A stretch of DNA of 63,344 bases, filler included, from 14 parts of 14 records of this genome joined end to end with filler, not necessarily neighbours in it, one strand, 5' to 3'. Counted from the whole stretch's first letter, positions 45,389 through 54,981 are shown. Translations and numbers: made by a program. Notes: generated by a model not told the origin, from the letters alone.

Positions 45389-46342
45389 ATGTATTATCGT
45401 CTTTTAATTTGCTTTCTATTATTTTCAGCAAAGCTTTTTGCACAACAAAAGCAGCCTGCAACCTTTCAAGTTGTACCTTTGGGCGTAAAAGGTGGAACTG
45501 ATGAAAAGAACCTTTCCGCCTACCTCCTCGCTCCTATTTCAACAAACGATTATGTATGTTTAGATGCTGGAACTGTTTATGCAGGCATAGAAAAAGCTGT
45601 ACAAAATAAAGTATTCAACGTTTCTGTTAGTGAAGTACTTAGAAAATACATCAAAGGCTATTTCATTTCACACGCTCATCTCGACCATGTTTCAGGTTTA
45701 ATCATTAATTCTCCTGGTGATTCTTCCAAAACAGTTTATGCTACACAAAAATGTATGGAGATGATGCAAAATCATTATTTCAACGATGAAACTTGGGCTA
45801 ATTTTGGAGATGAAGGCAAAGGCTTTCCACTAAAAAAGTACCATTTTCAAACGTTAAAGACTGGGGAAGAAAGTGCTATCACGAATACTTCTATGACGGT
45901 GAAGGCTTTGGCACTAAGTCACGTAAATCCATATCAAAGCACTGCTTTCTTAATTAAAAACCAAAATAATTATGCTTTGTATTTGGGCGATACTGGTCCA
46001 GATGAAGTAGAAAAAAGTGACAAATTAGCTTTACTTTGGAAAGAAATTGCGCCACTCATTCAGCAAAAACAATTGAAAGGCATTTTTATTGAAGTATCAT
46101 TTCCAAACGAACAAGCTGATAAGTTTTTATTCGGACATCTTACACCTAATTGGCTGATGAAAGAAATGAATAAATTAAGTGAGTTGACAGGAAAAGAAGC
46201 ATTAAAAGGCTTTAAAGTCATCATTACGCATTTAAAACCACCAGCAGTGAATGAAGTAAAAATCAAAAAACAATTAATCGAACAAAATACTTTAGAATTA
46301 AATCTTATTTTTCCGGAACAAGGGAAGAGATTTGAGTTGTAG
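45389..46342 (+). CDS. Class II 3',5'-cyclic nucleotide phosphodiesterase (CpdP-like, MBL fold), exported
   Basis: Signal peptide; LDAGT, SHAHLDHVSGL, GDTGPD, LFGHLTP. Confidence 0.88.
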   Translation: MYYRLLICFLLFSAKLFAQQKQPATFQVVPLGVKGGTDEKNLSAYLLAPISTNDYVCLDAGTVYAGIEKAVQNKVFNVSVSEVLRKYIKGYFISHAHLDHVSGLIINSPGDSSKTVYATQKCMEMMQNHYFNDETWANFGDEGKGFPLKKYHFQTLKTGEESAITNTSMTVKALALSHVNPYQSTAFLIKNQNNYALYLGDTGPDEVEKSDKLALLWKEIAPLIQQKQLKGIFIEVSFPNEQADKFLFGHLTPNWLMKEMNKLSELTGKEALKGFKVIITHLKPPAVNEVKIKKQLIEQNTLELNLIFPEQGKRFEL

Positions 46343-46407
46343 CATTGAATATTGATTTAATGAGTTTTTTTCTCAAAATAACTTTAGTTTATTGACTTGG
46401 CACTACA

Positions 46408-46466
46408 AAATAAAATTCTGCAAAATTCCTAATTTTACTCATTAGGAACTTTGCAGAATTTTATTT
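46408..46466. terminator. Long inverted repeat / bidirectional terminator
   Basis: AAATAAAATTCTGCAAAATTCCTAAT ... ATTAGGAACTTTGCAGAATTTTATTT between convergent genes. Confidence 0.8.
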
Positions 46467-46492
46467 GAATATTCATAAAAACTTAGAATTAT

Positions 46493-47941
46493 CTATCCAA
46501 CTGAACCCTCTAATGATACTGCCAGCAATTTTTGTGCTTCAACAGCAAATTCCATTGGTAATTGGTTCAATACTTCTTTAGCATAACCGTTTACAATTAA
46601 AGCAACGGCTGCTTCAGTAGAAATACCACGTTGGTTACAATAGAACAATTGGTCTTCTCCGATTTTAGAAGTCGTTGCCTCGTGTTCTACAGTAGCCGTT
46701 TTATTTTTTACTTCAATATATGGGAAAGTATGCGCTCCACAACGGTCGCCCATTAAAAGAGAATCACATTGAGAGAAGTTACGAGCATTATCTGCACGTT
46801 TCATTACTTCTACTAATCCACGATATGAATTATGAGATTTACCAGCAGAAATACCTTTAGAAACAATTCTTGATTTAGTATTCTTACCAATGTGAATCAT
46901 TTTTGTACCAGTATCAGCTTGTTGCATATTATTTGTAACCGCAACTGAATAAAATTCACCAATAGAATTATCTCCTTTTAAAATAACAGAAGGATATTTC
47001 CACGTAATCGCCGAACCTGTTTCTACCTGCGTCCAAGAAATTTTAGAGTTTGCTCCTTCGCAAATACCACGTTTTGTTACGAAGTTATAAATTCCACCTT
47101 TTCCTTCTTTATCGCCAGGATACCAATTTTGTACAGTTGAGTATTTTACTTCAGCATTTTCATGAGCAACAATTTCAACTACCGCTGCGTGTAATTGATT
47201 TTCATCACGCTGAGGAGCTGTACAACCTTCTAAATAACTAACATAAGAACCTTCATCTGCAACAATCAAAGTACGTTCGAATTGTCCAGTTCCTGCGGCA
47301 TTAATACGGAAGTAGGTTGAAAGTTCCATCGGGCAACGAACACCTTTTGGAATATAGCAGAAAGAACCATCAGTAAATACTGCGGCATTGAGAGCTGAAA
47401 AGAAGTTATCTTTTACTGGCACAACTGAACCTAAATATTTTTTGATTAATTCCGGATGATCTTGAATTGCTTCCGACATCGAGCAGAAGATGATTCCTCT
47501 TTTCGCTAAATCTGCCTTAAAAGTAGTTGCTACCGAAACAGAGTCGATAACGGCATCAACAGCAACATTTGATAAACGTTTTTGTTCGTTTAATGAAATA
47601 CCTAATTTCTCAAAAGTAGCACGTAATTCTGGGTCAATATCATCTAATGATTCCAAAACTTTTGCTTGTTTTGGAGCAGAATAATATTTAACAGACTGAT
47701 AATCAACTGGTTTGTAATGAACGTTTGACCATTTCGGTTCTTCCATTGTCAACCAAGTACGGTAAGCACTTAGTCTTAAATCAAGCATCCATGCTGGTTC
47801 GTTTTTCTTTGTTGAAATCAATCTGATTACGTCTTCACTCAAACCTGCTGGCACTTCGTCAGTTTCGAAGTGACTTTGAAAACCATATTTGTACTCCGAG
47901 GAGGTAACTTCCTCTAATATATCAATTTCTTCTTTTGCCAT
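46493..47941 (-). CDS. sufB: Fe-S cluster assembly protein SufB
   Basis: [52 protein letters not shown]. Confidence 0.97.
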   Translation of the reverse strand: MAKEEIDILEEVTSSEYKYGFQSHFETDEVPAGLSEDVIRLISTKKNEPAWMLDLRLSAYRTWLTMEEPKWSNVHYKPVDYQSVKYYSAPKQAKVLESLDDIDPELRATFEKLGISLNEQKRLSNVAVDAVIDSVSVATTFKADLAKRGIIFCSMSEAIQDHPELIKKYLGSVVPVKDNFFSALNAAVFTDGSFCYIPKGVRCPMELSTYFRINAAGTGQFERTLIVADEGSYVSYLEGCTAPQRDENQLHAAVVEIVAHENAEVKYSTVQNWYPGDKEGKGGIYNFVTKRGICEGANSKISWTQVETGSAITWKYPSVILKGDNSIGEFYSVAVTNNMQQADTGTKMIHIGKNTKSRIVSKGISAGKSHNSYRGLVEVMKRADNARNFSQCDSLLMGDRCGAHTFPYIEVKNKTATVEHEATTSKIGEDQLFYCNQRGISTEAAVALIVNGYAKEVLNQLPMEFAVEAQKLLAVSLEGSVG

Positions 47942-48045
47942 TGCTTTAGGTAGTAATTATCCTACAAAAATAAGCCAAAAAAACGAAGAATAGTTCGCCT
48001 GTTTAGATTTTTTCTAAAAAGGCTACCCAGAAAGTGCTAAAATTA

Positions 48046-48519
48046 TTAACCTTTATAGCCAAAAGGTACTGAACGATTTATACTTTCTTCTAAAGAAATA
48101 AATGTTTCAGTTCTTTGAATGCCCTGTACTTTTTGAATTTTATCGTGAAGCACTTCTCTTAAATGAACAGTATCACGACAAACAATTTTCGCAAAAATTG
48201 AATAAATACCTGTTGTATAATTAATACTTACTACTTCTGGAATTTTGATAAGTTGTTCGGCAACTTCAGCATAGAGCGAGCTTTTATCTAAATAAATTCC
48301 CAAAAAGGCAGCAATGTCCCAACCCAATTTAGTATGGTCTATCACCAATTGTGAACCTTTAACAATTCCAGCTTGCTCCATTTTGCCCATTCTTACATGA
48401 ACGGTTCCGCCCGAAACATTGATTTTTTTACCAATTTCAGTGTAAGGCATGGTGGCATCCTGCATCAAAAGTCCTAAAATTTTCAAATCAGTTTCGTCGA
48501 TTTCGACATTCTTTTCCAT
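48046..48519 (-). CDS. asnC: Lrp/AsnC family regulator, AsnC-like
   Basis: HTH VSGGTVHVRMGKMEQAGIV and RAM domain YTTGIYSIFAKIVCRD..KIQKVQGIQRTET, closely paralleling E. coli AsnC; ATG at 48519. Confidence 0.88.
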   Translation of the reverse strand: MEKNVEIDETDLKILGLLMQDATMPYTEIGKKINVSGGTVHVRMGKMEQAGIVKGSQLVIDHTKLGWDIAAFLGIYLDKSSLYAEVAEQLIKIPEVVSINYTTGIYSIFAKIVCRDTVHLREVLHDKIQKVQGIQRTETFISLEESINRSVPFGYKG

Positions 48520-48657
48520 AATATAAGTATTTAGACTCAAATAAAATTTAAAATTTTACAAAAAACAACACTTTTGAAAAGAAATTATTAACAAATTTTA
48601 AATAAATCTACTCCACAATTGAATATAATGTAAATTTTAAGTTTTTTTTATGTAAAA

Positions 48658-48689
48658 TTTGCAAAATAATAAAAGGTGCGCTAACTTTG
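48658..48689 (+). promoter_or_regulatory. Consensus Bacteroidota promoter driving the tRNA-like RNA
   Basis: -33 TTTG (48658-61), 20-bp spacer, -7 TAACTTTG (48682-89). Confidence 0.8.
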
Positions 48690-48724
48690 CATTGTCAAGT
48701 TAAAAGAAACGAAGACAACCACAC

Positions 48725-48887
48725 TGTAGGGTGATGAAATTTGGCAGACGTACCCTCCTGTCTCGGGGGTGGTGAACATGAAATAAAGTAAGTGTAATGC
48801 CCATCGCAAGATGGACTGGGGTTGACCACCAGACTTTGTACTTTACCTAATCACACCGTGGAGGTTCGAATCCTTCTCCTACAGCCA
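48725..48887 (+). ncRNA. tRNA-Asp(GTC)-like RNA with a 90-nt branched variable arm
   Basis: Acceptor TGTAGGG/TCCTACA + G + CCA; class-II-like D arm ATG-AAATTTGGCAGA-CGT; anticodon arm CCCTC-CTGTCTC-GGGGG; T arm GGAGG-TTCGAAT-CCTTC; insertion at 48770-48859. Confidence 0.85.
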
Positions 48888-49023
48888 ATTATTTGATATA
48901 TTTTGAGGATAAATTGTTGTCAAAGCACAATTTTATTATTACCTTTATTCTCAAATTATCAGATTGACTACAAGATATCAAGTAGTTTTATTTGGTTTTT
49001 AGTTTGTTGATGAAGTGTAATTC

Positions 49024-49055
49024 AAAAAAGCAGTCTTTGTAAGTCTGCTTTTTTT
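49024..49055 (+). terminator. Intrinsic terminator downstream of the tRNA-like RNA
   Basis: AAAAAAGCAG-loop-CTGCTTTTTTT. Confidence 0.75.
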
Positions 49056-49074
49056 GTTTTCAGCCCTTATCAAT

Positions 49075-49111
49075 AAAAAGCCGTAGTATTTCAGGAATAC
49101 TACGGCTTTTT
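49075..49111 (-). terminator. Intrinsic terminator of the CocE/NonD gene
   Basis: AAAAAGCCGTAGTATT-loop-AATACTACGGCTTTTT. Confidence 0.85.
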
Positions 49112-49147
49112 ACTTTGAGTACTTATACTTATCTGAAATTCAAAAAA

Positions 49148-51031
49148 TCACTCCAAAATTCCCACTTTCAAATAACTTGCTGCAGATTTTTGATGGTAAA
49201 CTTTCTGAGTAGCTTTTTGATAATCCTTTTCTTCTGCTTTAAAAATATCCATAAACTTTTGCGGATTTCTGTCGGCAAAAGGAAAGCACGAACTTTGAAT
49301 TTGCACCATCATCTTATGCCCTTTCTTAAATGTGTGCAAAACATCTTGTAATTCCACATTTACACTTGTTACTTGATTAGGCACAAAAGGCTTTGGCTTT
49401 GAAATATCATCACGATATTTTCCTCTGAAAATTTCAGAACGAACTAATTGCTGATAATTTCCATAAATTACTTCAGGTCTTTTAGGATGTTCTGGAGCGT
49501 CGGCTGGATAAACATCAATTACTTTCACAATCCAATCAGCATCCGTTCCAGAAGTCGCCACTTTTAACATCGCTTTTATTTCTCCTGAAAGTGTGAGGTC
49601 TTTTTCTAAAACATCTGTTGAAAACGACAAAACATCTGGACGAGTATAAGCAAAGCGTTGGTCTTCTACCATATAATCTGCCGAAAACCCATCATTGATT
49701 TTAGAAGAAAAAGGAACAGGTCGATTTGGGTCTGAAACATAGTCAGAGAACGATTTTTCATTTGTTGGTGCAGAAAACGATAATTTACCATTTGAATGAA
49801 AGTATAGATTTTTCTCTTGTGTACCTTTTGCTGGATAAGTATCAAATGAACGCCATTTGTTTGTTCCAGTTTCAAAAAGAGTTGCTTCTGGTAAATCGAG
49901 TGGTTTTGAATCATCAATTAAATAGTAGTTGAAAAATTTAGCTTCAATATTTTCTTGATAAAATGGTGATACTTTTGAGCCAAAATCTACATCAGCAAGC
50001 ATTTGTCCAGACGAACCAGCCCATCCGCCATGAACCCAAGGACCAACTACAAAAATATTTTTGATATTAGGATTCTGTTTTTCGATAGCTTTATAAGTAT
50101 TGAACGTGCCATATAAATCTTGTTCGTCATACCAGCCACCAACTACCATCACAGCATGTTTAATACCTTTTAAATGAGGTAGAATATTTCTTTTCTTCCA
50201 ATGTTCATCATAACTTGGATGATCAAAATTGTCATGATAATAAACGTTTCTTCCTTTATAAAAACCGTCTTCTGAATTTTTGGTTGTTTTTACTTCATTC
50301 AAATAAAAATCATATCCATCAGGATTATTGTTTTCAAAATATGCTGGCGGACGAGTAATTGTTGGTTTTGTTTGTTCCTGAAAGAAATTATAAAAACCAA
50401 AATTGGCTGCAATCATAAATGCTCCGTTATGAAAAGCATCATCTCGCCAAAGGTCTGCCATTGGTGCTTGTGGAGAAGAAGCCATCAGAGCTGGATGTTC
50501 TGAAACGGCGCCAGCAGAAGTAAAAAAGCCAGGATATGAAATTCCCCATTGACCAACTTTCCCATTATTGTTATTGATATTTTTTGTCAGCCAATCGATA
50601 GTATCATAAGTATCTGTAGATTCGTCAATATCAGTTTTGGCTTTCTTTGTATCAAGATGAGGCGTCATTTCTACGAATTTTCCCTCTGAAGCCCATCTTC
50701 CTCTTACATCTTGATAAACTACGATGTAATTACTTCTCAACATAAATGGATTGGGACCGATTCTTTTTTTATACTTATCCGTTCCATAAGGCGAGCAAGT
50801 ATAAGGCGTTCTCTGCATCAAAATTGGATACTTTTTACTTTGGTCTTTCGGAGCATACACTTGTGTAAAAAGCTTGATTCCGTCACGCATTTGAACCATA
50901 AACTCCATTTTCTGATAATTTTCACGGATGTAAGCGCTGTCTTGAGCGACTGAAAAAGGATAAGGAGATTCCGTTTTTTGGGCATAACTACAAACAGGTA
51001 TTAGAAGTAGCCACAAGAAAAGTTTTTTCAT
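49148..51031 (-). CDS. CocE/NonD family serine hydrolase (alpha-amino acid ester hydrolase-like), exported
   Basis: Signal peptide; MRDGIKL, RTPY, QDVRGRWASEG, nucleophile GISYPG, GPWVHG. Confidence 0.9.
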   Translation of the reverse strand: MKKLFLWLLLIPVCSYAQKTESPYPFSVAQDSAYIRENYQKMEFMVQMRDGIKLFTQVYAPKDQSKKYPILMQRTPYTCSPYGTDKYKKRIGPNPFMLRSNYIVVYQDVRGRWASEGKFVEMTPHLDTKKAKTDIDESTDTYDTIDWLTKNINNNNGKVGQWGISYPGFFTSAGAVSEHPALMASSPQAPMADLWRDDAFHNGAFMIAANFGFYNFFQEQTKPTITRPPAYFENNNPDGYDFYLNEVKTTKNSEDGFYKGRNVYYHDNFDHPSYDEHWKKRNILPHLKGIKHAVMVVGGWYDEQDLYGTFNTYKAIEKQNPNIKNIFVVGPWVHGGWAGSSGQMLADVDFGSKVSPFYQENIEAKFFNYYLIDDSKPLDLPEATLFETGTNKWRSFDTYPAKGTQEKNLYFHSNGKLSFSAPTNEKSFSDYVSDPNRPVPFSSKINDGFSADYMVEDQRFAYTRPDVLSFSTDVLEKDLTLSGEIKAMLKVATSGTDADWIVKVIDVYPADAPEHPKRPEVIYGNYQQLVRSEIFRGKYRDDISKPKPFVPNQVTSVNVELQDVLHTFKKGHKMMVQIQSSCFPFADRNPQKFMDIFKAEEKDYQKATQKVYHQKSAASYLKVGILE

Positions 51032-51212
51032 AATTGATTTTGTTGATTAAGAAATATCAATGATTTCTTGACAATTTACAGAAAAGCCGTCAAAACCTAA
51101 ATTGGATTGCGTAATTTTGCAGTCCGCTAGCTTTTACCTAAATAGACAAAAACAATCGTAATTAATCATTTTTAGGAAATGTTAGTATTGTGGACTAATA
51201 AATAACTGACAA

Positions 51213-52073
51213 GTGACTCAAAATTTAAGAATTGCCGTTCAGAAATCTGGACGCTTAAGTGAAGATTCCCTCAATCTTTTTAAGGAATGCGGAATCAAGT
51301 TTGATAATGGAGCAGGAAAGTTAAAAGCAACTTCTTCAAACTTCCCAGCAGAATTTTTGTTTCTTAGAGACGACGATATTCCCGGCTATGTAGAAGATGG
51401 CGTTGCGGATATTGGTATTGTCGGACAAAATGTTCATGTGGAAAGTAACAAAAACGTTTCAGAAGTGAAATTGTTAGGCTTTTCAAAATGTCGTTTATCA
51501 ATTGCTATTCCAAGAAGCGAGGTTTACAATGGCATTGAAGATTTAGAAGGAAAAGACATTGCTACTTCGTATCCAATCATTTTAGGAAATTACCTAAAAG
51601 ATAATGGCGTTACTTCTCATATTCATGAAATTTCTGGTTCAGTAGAAATTGCACCAAGTATTGGTTTGGCGCACGCTGTTTGTGATATTGTTTCGTCTGG
51701 CGGTACATTATTGAGTAACGGTCTGAAAGAAGTAGAAGTAATTTTCCGTTCGGAAGCGATTATGATTGGTTGTCCAACCATGTCGGCTGAAAAACAAGAT
51801 ATTCTTAATCAGATTTTGTTTAGAATTGATGCTGTTCAAAGAGCAAAAAACAATAAGTATGTTGTGTTGAACACCAAAAATGAAAACATCCAAGCAATCA
51901 GCAAATTATTACCGGGAATGCAATCTCCATCTGTGATTCCTTTGGCACAAGAAGGCTGGTCGGCGATGAGTTCAGTAATTAACGAAAATGACTTTTGGCA
52001 AAATATCGAAAAACTACGTGAAGCAGGCGCTGAAGGTATTTTAGTAATGCCGATTGAAAAAATGATTTATTAG
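51213..52073 (+). CDS. hisG: ATP phosphoribosyltransferase (long form)
   Basis: LRIAVQKSGRL, LRDDDIP, GSVEIAP, DIVSSGGTL, GAEGILV; GTG start. Confidence 0.96.
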   Translation: MTQNLRIAVQKSGRLSEDSLNLFKECGIKFDNGAGKLKATSSNFPAEFLFLRDDDIPGYVEDGVADIGIVGQNVHVESNKNVSEVKLLGFSKCRLSIAIPRSEVYNGIEDLEGKDIATSYPIILGNYLKDNGVTSHIHEISGSVEIAPSIGLAHAVCDIVSSGGTLLSNGLKEVEVIFRSEAIMIGCPTMSAEKQDILNQILFRIDAVQRAKNNKYVVLNTKNENIQAISKLLPGMQSPSVIPLAQEGWSAMSSVINENDFWQNIEKLREAGAEGILVMPIEKMIY

Positions 52074-52078
52074 GTTCC

Positions 52079-53335
52079 ATGAAAATTATAAAATATCCCA
52101 AACAATCCGATTATCAAGCCTTACTAACACGCCCAACACAGGATATTGCTGTGATTGAACAGCGTGTAGCACCCATCTTGTACAGAGTAAAAACTGAAGG
52201 AGATATTGCCCTTCGTGATTTTGCTTTGACCTTCGATAAAGTCCATTTAGAATCAATTGAGATGCCTTCTATAGAAATTGAAAAGGCAGCATCATTGCTT
52301 TCTGATGCTTTGAAGCAAGCCATTCATCAAGCTTACAAGAACATTCATAAATTTCATGAAGCTCAAAAGAGTACTCCTGAAAAAATTGAAACGATGTCGG
52401 GTGTTACTTGCTGGCGCAAGACTGTCGGAATTGATAAAGTTGGGGTATATATTCCGGGTGGCACAGCACCTTTATTTTCAACAGTATTGATGTTGGGCAT
52501 TCCAGCACAAATTGCAGGTTGTAGAGAAATCGTTTTGTGTACACCATCAAACCATCCAGCGATTTTGTACGCAGCTTCGCTTTGTGGTATTACCAAAATT
52601 TATAGAATTGGCGGAGCGCAAGCCATTGCGGCAATGGCTTATGGCACAGAAACTGTTCCACAAGTATATAAAATTTTTGGACCGGGCAATCAGTACGTTA
52701 CTGCTGCCAAAATGTTAGTTAATAAAGAAGGAATAGCGATTGACATGCCTGCTGGACCTTCTGAAGTAGCCGTTTATGCAGATGATTCAGCCAATCCTGC
52801 TTTTGTGGCGGCTGATTTATTATCGCAAGCAGAACATGGTGTTGATTCGCAAGTATTGTTGGTTTCAACTTCGGGAAAAATAATTGAAGCAGTAAACGAA
52901 GAACTTACTAAACAATTAGCCGTTTTACCAAGAGCAGATTTTGCTTCAAAAGCCCTTGAAAATAGTCAAGCTATTTTGGTAGAAAATCAGGAAATTGCTT
53001 TAGCACTTTTGAATGATTACGCTGCAGAACACTTGATTTTATCAATAGAAAATGCGGAAGAAGTATCTGAAAAAATTTACCAAGCTGGTTCAATTTTCTT
53101 AGGAAATTTTACGCCCGAATCTGCTGGAGATTATGCCTCAGGTACAAACCATACTTTGCCAACAAATGGTTATGCAAGAGCTTATTCTGGCGTAAGCTTG
53201 GATAGCTTCGTGAAGAAAATAACGGTTCAGCATATTACCAAAGAAGGCATTCAAAACCTCGGAAAAACAATTATTGAAATGGCTGAAGCTGAGTCTTTAG
53301 ATGCTCATGCTAATGCAGTGAAAATTAGAATGTAA
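52079..53335 (+). CDS. hisD: Histidinol dehydrogenase
   Basis: GVYIPGG, GPGNQYV, DMPAGPSE, LLSQAEH, GDYASGTNHTLPT. Confidence 0.97.
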   Translation: MKIIKYPKQSDYQALLTRPTQDIAVIEQRVAPILYRVKTEGDIALRDFALTFDKVHLESIEMPSIEIEKAASLLSDALKQAIHQAYKNIHKFHEAQKSTPEKIETMSGVTCWRKTVGIDKVGVYIPGGTAPLFSTVLMLGIPAQIAGCREIVLCTPSNHPAILYAASLCGITKIYRIGGAQAIAAMAYGTETVPQVYKIFGPGNQYVTAAKMLVNKEGIAIDMPAGPSEVAVYADDSANPAFVAADLLSQAEHGVDSQVLLVSTSGKIIEAVNEELTKQLAVLPRADFASKALENSQAILVENQEIALALLNDYAAEHLILSIENAEEVSEKIYQAGSIFLGNFTPESAGDYASGTNHTLPTNGYARAYSGVSLDSFVKKITVQHITKEGIQNLGKTIIEMAEAESLDAHANAVKIRM

Positions 53336-53347
53336 ATTATTTAAATT

Positions 53348-54403
53348 ATGACTTTCAACTTACAAAGTATCGTTCGTAAACATATTCTTAGTCTTGCTCC
53401 TTACTCTTCTGCTCGTGATGAATATACCGGTAAAGAAGGTGTTTTTTTAGATGCTAACGAAAACCCAATTGGTTCGGCTACGCCAGAAAATTGGAACAGA
53501 TATCCAGACCCATACCAAGCTGCAATCAAAGAAAAAATTGCACCAATAAAAGGTTGTCGTCCAACACAAATTTTCTTAGGAAATGGTTCTGACGAACCGA
53601 TTGATTTAATTATCAGGTTGACTTGCGAACCTAAAGAAGACAATATCATTATTCTTCCGCCAACTTACGGAATGTATGAAGTAAGTGCTTCGGTGAATAA
53701 TGTTCAAGTTCAAAAAATTGATTTAACAGAAGATTATCAATTAGATGTTGATGCAATTATTGAAGCTATCAACCCGAAAACAAAATTGATTTTTATTTGT
53801 TCGCCGAACAACCCAACAGGTAATATTATCAATCGTGAAGCAATTTTAACCATTATCGACAATTTTGAGCATGGTTTGGTAATTATTGATGAAGCTTATA
53901 ATGATTTTTCTGATGAGCCATCTTTCATTCCTGAATTAGATAATTTTCCGAACGTAATGGTACTTCAAACGTTCTCAAAAGCTTGGGGTTTAGCTGCTTT
54001 AAGATTAGGAATGGCTTTTGCTAATGAGGAATTAATCAAACTTTTGAATAAGATTAAATATCCTTACAACATTAACGGATTAACTCAAAAACTGTTAATT
54101 GAAAACATCTCGAATACTGATTTCGTAGTAAATTCCGTTAATACGCTAAATAATAACCGTAAGCTATTAGCAGAAGCATTATCTGAATTATCTATCGTCG
54201 AAAAGATTTTCCCATCGGATGCCAATTTCTTATTAGTGAAATTCCAAGATGCTAAAGCGGTTTTCGATTACTTAATTGAGCAAAAAACCATCGTTCGTGA
54301 CCGCTCAAAAGTAAAACTTTGCGATAATTCTTTAAGAATTTCGGTTGGTACGGCAGAAGAAAATACTCATTTGATGAATCTACTGAAAGCTTACAAATCA
54401 TAA
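53348..54403 (+). CDS. hisC: Histidinol-phosphate aminotransferase
   Basis: LDANENP, NRYPDP, GNGSDE, SPNNPTG, DEAY, TFSKAWGLAALRLG. Confidence 0.96.
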   Translation: MTFNLQSIVRKHILSLAPYSSARDEYTGKEGVFLDANENPIGSATPENWNRYPDPYQAAIKEKIAPIKGCRPTQIFLGNGSDEPIDLIIRLTCEPKEDNIIILPPTYGMYEVSASVNNVQVQKIDLTEDYQLDVDAIIEAINPKTKLIFICSPNNPTGNIINREAILTIIDNFEHGLVIIDEAYNDFSDEPSFIPELDNFPNVMVLQTFSKAWGLAALRLGMAFANEELIKLLNKIKYPYNINGLTQKLLIENISNTDFVVNSVNTLNNNRKLLAEALSELSIVEKIFPSDANFLLVKFQDAKAVFDYLIEQKTIVRDRSKVKLCDNSLRISVGTAEENTHLMNLLKAYKS

Positions 54404-54414
54404 TCTTATTTCTT

Positions 54415-54921
54415 ATGAAAAAAATTGCTTTTATCTGTTCTCTAATGCTATTTGGTTTTTCTGGGTTTTCGCAATACAAAACTTGGGCTGTTGGTGCAAA
54501 ACTTGGTGACCCTTCAGGTTTATCTATTCGTCATTATTTAAGTAATGATAAAAATGCTTTAGAACTTAATGTAGGTGTTTATGGAGCACTTTGGGGATTG
54601 AGAAGTCCATATAGAGATGGACATTTTGATGGAGCAGGTCTTTCTTTTAGCGGAATTTATCTTTGGCATCAGCAATTGGGCAATTCTCCTCTAAGATGTT
54701 ATTATGGTTTTGGTGGACAGATTACTTCTCGTTCATATATTTTAGCGAGTAAGCAAACAGCCAACACTGGAATTGGTGGCGTTGGACAAGCTGGACTAGA
54801 GTATGGAGTACCAGATTCACCTTTGTCAGTTTTTGGGGAATTAGGACTTTACATAGAACTTGTACCTGCTTTCTTTTACACGCATCCTCAAGGTGGTTTT
54901 GGAGTAAGATACAATTTTTAA
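54415..54921 (+). CDS. Small outer-membrane beta-barrel protein
   Basis: Signal peptide, Gly/aromatic amphipathic strands, C-terminal GFGVRYNF. Confidence 0.75.
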   Translation: MKKIAFICSLMLFGFSGFSQYKTWAVGAKLGDPSGLSIRHYLSNDKNALELNVGVYGALWGLRSPYRDGHFDGAGLSFSGIYLWHQQLGNSPLRCYYGFGGQITSRSYILASKQTANTGIGGVGQAGLEYGVPDSPLSVFGELGLYIELVPAFFYTHPQGGFGVRYNF

Positions 54922-54981
54922 GAAATTACCTTCTTCAATTTTGCTTACTAGTTCATATTGGATACTTTTGTGAGTATTCTT

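Noticed and set aside
48770-48859. tRNA insert as a group I intron, tmRNA or selC
   Set aside because: The insert is in the variable region rather than the anticodon loop and is too short for a group I core. An intact anticodon arm and 163-nt length exclude tmRNA. The anticodon is GTC with a 7-bp acceptor stem, unlike tRNA-Sec.
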